Part shown: piece by piece, positions 60,614 through 64,000 of the stretch
Layout of the letters: each line of letters begins with the position of its first letter
Position numbering within the stretch: position 1 is the stretch's first letter
Assembly (NCBI GenBank): GCA_051047955.1
Contig: JBPGPT010000009.1
Span: 248,001 to 312,000, forward strand
Direction: 5' to 3'
Source: Cystobasidiomycetes sp. EMM_F5
Taxonomy: Eukaryota
DNA: 64,000 nt
The notes under the pieces: model-generated
What the model was told of the DNA's origin: nothing
Seen by the model: the letters and a program-made list of their open reading frames with translations, nothing else
The model's database searches: none
Program-made: the position numbers and the translations under genes

Positions 60614-62406
60614 ATGCCTTCCCGTAGCAGCTCTGGCCGCTCCAGCCAAAAGGACAAAAGCCCCGCTCGGGGCCCGGCTGGCCATTCACGTAAAGGTTCG
60701 AATGGTGCAAACGAGGATCTGACTGAAGTGGGTAGTGACTCGTGCTGCACAAACGGTTGTGTTGCCGTACTGACATTGCGTAGAATGATGGCAGCAGGAG
60801 GGATGGGACCAGGCGCAAGAGTACCAATGCAGTGACCCACTAACATCGACATATGATTTTAGCATAAAAGCTGACTGTGGGTGTGCGATACAGAACACTC
60901 GATTCGACGATCTTCTAGACGAAAATCGGCCCCTCCAGACAGACGCTCGCTCTCGCGTCAACGAAATCAGACAGGAGGTTGCGGACAACCGCCGGCAGAA
61001 GAAGACCAATGTTGTTGGAAGTTCGGACACATCGGATAGCGAGGAACAAGAATCCGACAGACGAGAGGCTGTCATTAACTTTAGCCAAGATGCACCCGAT
61101 TCCTCTCAGAGCGGCCGGCCGCTGCAGGCTGTACCACCCTCCCCAAGGGGGCAGCGTCGGCGTCAGCCTGTTACAGCAGCTACATCGTCCAAGCGCAAGG
61201 CCACAGAGTCAAACGTCGACTCGTCAGCAGAGGCTGATGCGGAAGAGGCCGATGATCCAGCCTCACACAAACGTGCCTCGAAGAAGAACAAGAAAAAGGC
61301 AACAGGGGCAGAGGTGACTTACAAAGCAACTTCTGATGGTCGCAAATGGACTTCCAAGCAACGTGGAACTCCCACTGATGTGGTGAGCGGAACTTAGACG
61401 TGCGATTTTGATAAAATACTGATCTGGACTAGTACAGTACGATGGCCTTGGTGCAGAACTCAAGACATATATGAACAACTACTTTGCGTACAAGGCTGTG
61501 TGGGGAGATGAAGACATACATACCATCCTGAGCTGCCTTCAACAAGGCGAAGGTCTGGAAGCGCTGGGCTGGGATTTTCAAACCGATCAAGGTCTATTTG
61601 TGAGCTTTCGAATGGTCTGACGGACCGTATCTGACTCAATGTGGCAGCATCATTTGAAAGGCAAAATGCTGGCGTACCGTAGCACACAGCAGGTGAAATT
61701 ATTGAAAGCCGCGTCTGAAATCGCCGTCAAATTTCTTCGAGACCTCTCGGCTGGCAAGGAATATCTGGAAGGAGAGTGCGTCACAAGCGTTTGCCCGGCA
61801 CAGCATAATACCAACGTACGATTTTGCAGAGATACCCGTGATTCTGACGACCACAGTCCCATACTTCCCAACTGGGCTCAGGTCGTCAAACTAGTGCAGA
61901 CGGATGAAGTGGTCAAGACTATATTGTCCGCAATTCTGCCAGGAATCAATGTCGCTGCCGTATGGAACCCTCGCACGGAGCAAGAGATTGAAGCGGAAGC
62001 GGAGCACAAATTCAAAATGAAATTGACCCAATTGGCTTTATTTTTGGTCAGATGCGAGGCCTGGCGACTACGTAGCCAGTACAAGGTCATCAGTGGGAGA
62101 GTAGTTGAGGTACGAGATCTGTACGGCGATGAATACATGATGATCTAAAAGCATGGTTGATATTCGTAGAGAGGGAAATCACGAAATTGGGATGGAAGCA
62201 CTATTTCAGGCATGCTGCTCAGTTTCTCCACGTCCAAGACCGCTGTCGTCGACACTAGCGGCGATCCAGTCTTCTTTCCCATAGCGGAGCGCACTGTCTC
62301 TCGAACCAGACATGACAAATTTGTCGACGGCGACGAGTGTGGATTGGATGACATGGAGTTTGTAGACGGCGAGCTGAGAATGAAAGAGACAATAGCGGAG
62401 GGTTAA
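60614..62406 (+). CDS. Element accessory protein (multi-exon, basic/acidic low-complexity N-terminal half), divergent from the transposase
   Basis: Spliced MPSRSSSGRSSQK..; long open exon from ~60894 to ~61381 with NLS-like KRASKKNKKK; further exons to a stop at 62406. Family not recognised. Confidence 0.65.
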
Positions 62407-62611
62407 AGCGTCCATAAACGAACGGCCTGCAGAGGTTCTTCAGTGTGTACACAGTCTGAGCGTCGTTGTTTACTAAATTTGCAACAAATGCTGCATCGGG
62501 AAGGCTTTTGGTAGCACTGCGACAACATTGTGAATGCTAATCGGCCTTGTGTGCCCAGACCGCATCGCATGCGCTGGACAGGCAGATAGGTGGCGCAAGA
62601 CTTGGGCAAGT

Positions 62612-62784
62612 AAAATCATACAATTACATTCTGACAATCTACACACAACGCGTGTCAAACTCTTGCACGTCTACTGCACAAGCATTGCCCGGTCATTGCT
62701 GAGCTATTGCGAAAGTCTGTCTAGCTCTTGCCGATCTTGCGTGGTCTTTCCTGGTCTGTCGCAAAAAGGCCCGGTTCTGCTATG
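62612..62784 (-). repeat. Right imperfect terminal inverted repeat / subterminal region
   Basis: AAAATCATA (62612-62620), an 18/22 match block (62660-62681), TGGTCTTTC (62742-62750) and GCCCGGTTCTGC (62769-62780) mirror the left end. Confidence 0.75.
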
Positions 62785-64000
62785 TCGGACAAAAGCGGAA
62801 GCTAGAGGAAGTTGACATTAAAAGGGCTGGCGTGCGAAAGCTAACGTTTGGATAGACTGATTGTTCACTTTGCACAGCTTTAGACTTGTTTGAAGACGCA
62901 GCAAGCGTAGTAAAGACTGCGAAGTTGGACTGCGGCTTTTGCGGGACTCGCAGCAGCTGGAGATTATCCTGACCTTCCCACTGTCATCTTTCCTCTGACA
63001 CACAAGCATTCAGTTGCTGCTTGTCTGCCTTCCTTTACACGTCTGAGACCTTCTACTATATACCGGCAGCTGGATCTGCCTTCTTCACTTAAGCGCTGGT
63101 CGACAAGCACATAACCCCGACTGATCCCACCATTTCGAATCCTTAACCATCTCGTTCCAAAATCACACAATCTTCTGTCGACCTTTGCAACCATGCTTCA
63201 TTCGATAAACGGCCCTTTTCCGATGGCATCGCAAGTCGTTCCGCCCGCTCAGCTGCCCGTGCGCTCCGGTAGGTGGCGGAAACACCCAAAGCTTCGCTCA
63301 ACAGTCTGACACTCGAGCCTTTTGCACCGATTTTGCGACGAATTTCTCTCGCTCGCTTGTCCGCACTCCCTTTGCACTCTGCTCCACCCATCTTCTGTTG
63401 CGTCCTGCGTACCCTCTGAATGCGCACAAACCGTCTGTCTCGGGACGCCATTACCCTAAACATCTGACTGAGCTCCGGCTTGTTGGCGACGCATTCTGCC
63501 CGATAACGCACGTCACTATTCCAACACTGTGATTCTGCGAGGACAGCTTGGGCACCAGGGCCAGTCAATGCGACTCTGGAAACGCCTGTTCCACTGCATA
63601 CCACGCACTGGTCACACAACGGCCAACAGAGGGCATACATAACAGGCTATACGCCGACAGTACGGCCCTTCACACTTTGGCCGCAGAAGATCCCATTGCA
63701 TAATTTGCGTGCTTTGGAGAAGGGCTGTTTCGGTCTCACCCATCCTCTGCAAAGCGCTGCCGTCGGTCGCTATACTCAAAAAATCTCGCGACGAGGGCCA
63801 ATTAGCCGAACGCATCATCCGCACGCTTTCTTCGCGAAGCGCACACTGCCACCAGCGCCCTTCTCTGCAAATAGACAGTCAGGTCTACCTGCGCCGCATT
63901 TCTCTCCCTCGCATCTGGATCGCAAGCTTGCAACTTATCGCAAGCGTCACTTTGCCTTTACGGGCGCCCGTTCCGGGCCGCATCGAATTTCGCAAAAGCC

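Larger units (their letters stand above)
53393..62784. mobile_element. Putative ~9.4 kb CMC/EnSpm-like DNA transposon carrying two His-Cys-box endonuclease genes and an accessory ORF
   Basis: Imperfect inverted termini (CACTGCAGAACCGGGC on the left; GCCCGGTTCTGCTATG on the right), a central DDE transposase and a shared internal motif. No clear TSD. Confidence 0.75.

Noticed and set aside
53393..62784. Fanzor/TnpB-like RNA-guided nuclease in the element
   Set aside because: No RuvC motifs were recognised in any element gene, and there is no evident guide-RNA locus.
53385..62790. Target-site duplication
   Set aside because: The flanks (GAC on the left, TCG on the right) do not match for the end positions I tried.
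62818..64000. Short minus-strand ORFs, e.g. 63143-63640
   Set aside because: No recognisable motif or consistent splice chain; coding status is unresolved.

Overview
Gene-dense, intron-rich fungal DNA with short (~50-60 nt) spliceosomal introns. It looks like a compact basidiomycete yeast; this taxonomy is inferred from gene and intron style only. Positions 1-53,330 hold about 29 ordinary nuclear genes: PTA1/symplekin, VMA10, an NTF2-RRM protein, a WD40 protein, a metallo-beta-lactamase, ATP10, an SDR, AAT2, an XPG/FEN1-like nuclease, a PITH protein, a racemase beside a Zn2Cys6 factor, SNU71/RBM25, pyruvate decarboxylase, DDX41, three tandem SGNH esterases, mL41, a Pex24/Pex30-like peroxin, uL15, and the paralogues RPB11 and RPC19 lying tail-to-tail. 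The standout is a ~9.4 kb putative DNA transposon at ~53,393-62,784, bounded by imperfect inverted termini. It carries an apparently intact ~1,100 aa CMC/EnSpm-like DDE transposase, a divergent accessory gene, and two divergently transcribed, spliced His-Cys-box (I-PpoI-like) endonuclease genes that keep the catalytic His/Asn spacing. A motif with consensus AAAATC(A/G)(C/T)AC(GT) recurs through the introns and spacers of all four element genes. All gene models were spliced by eye, and family calls rest on recalled motifs rather than database searches.
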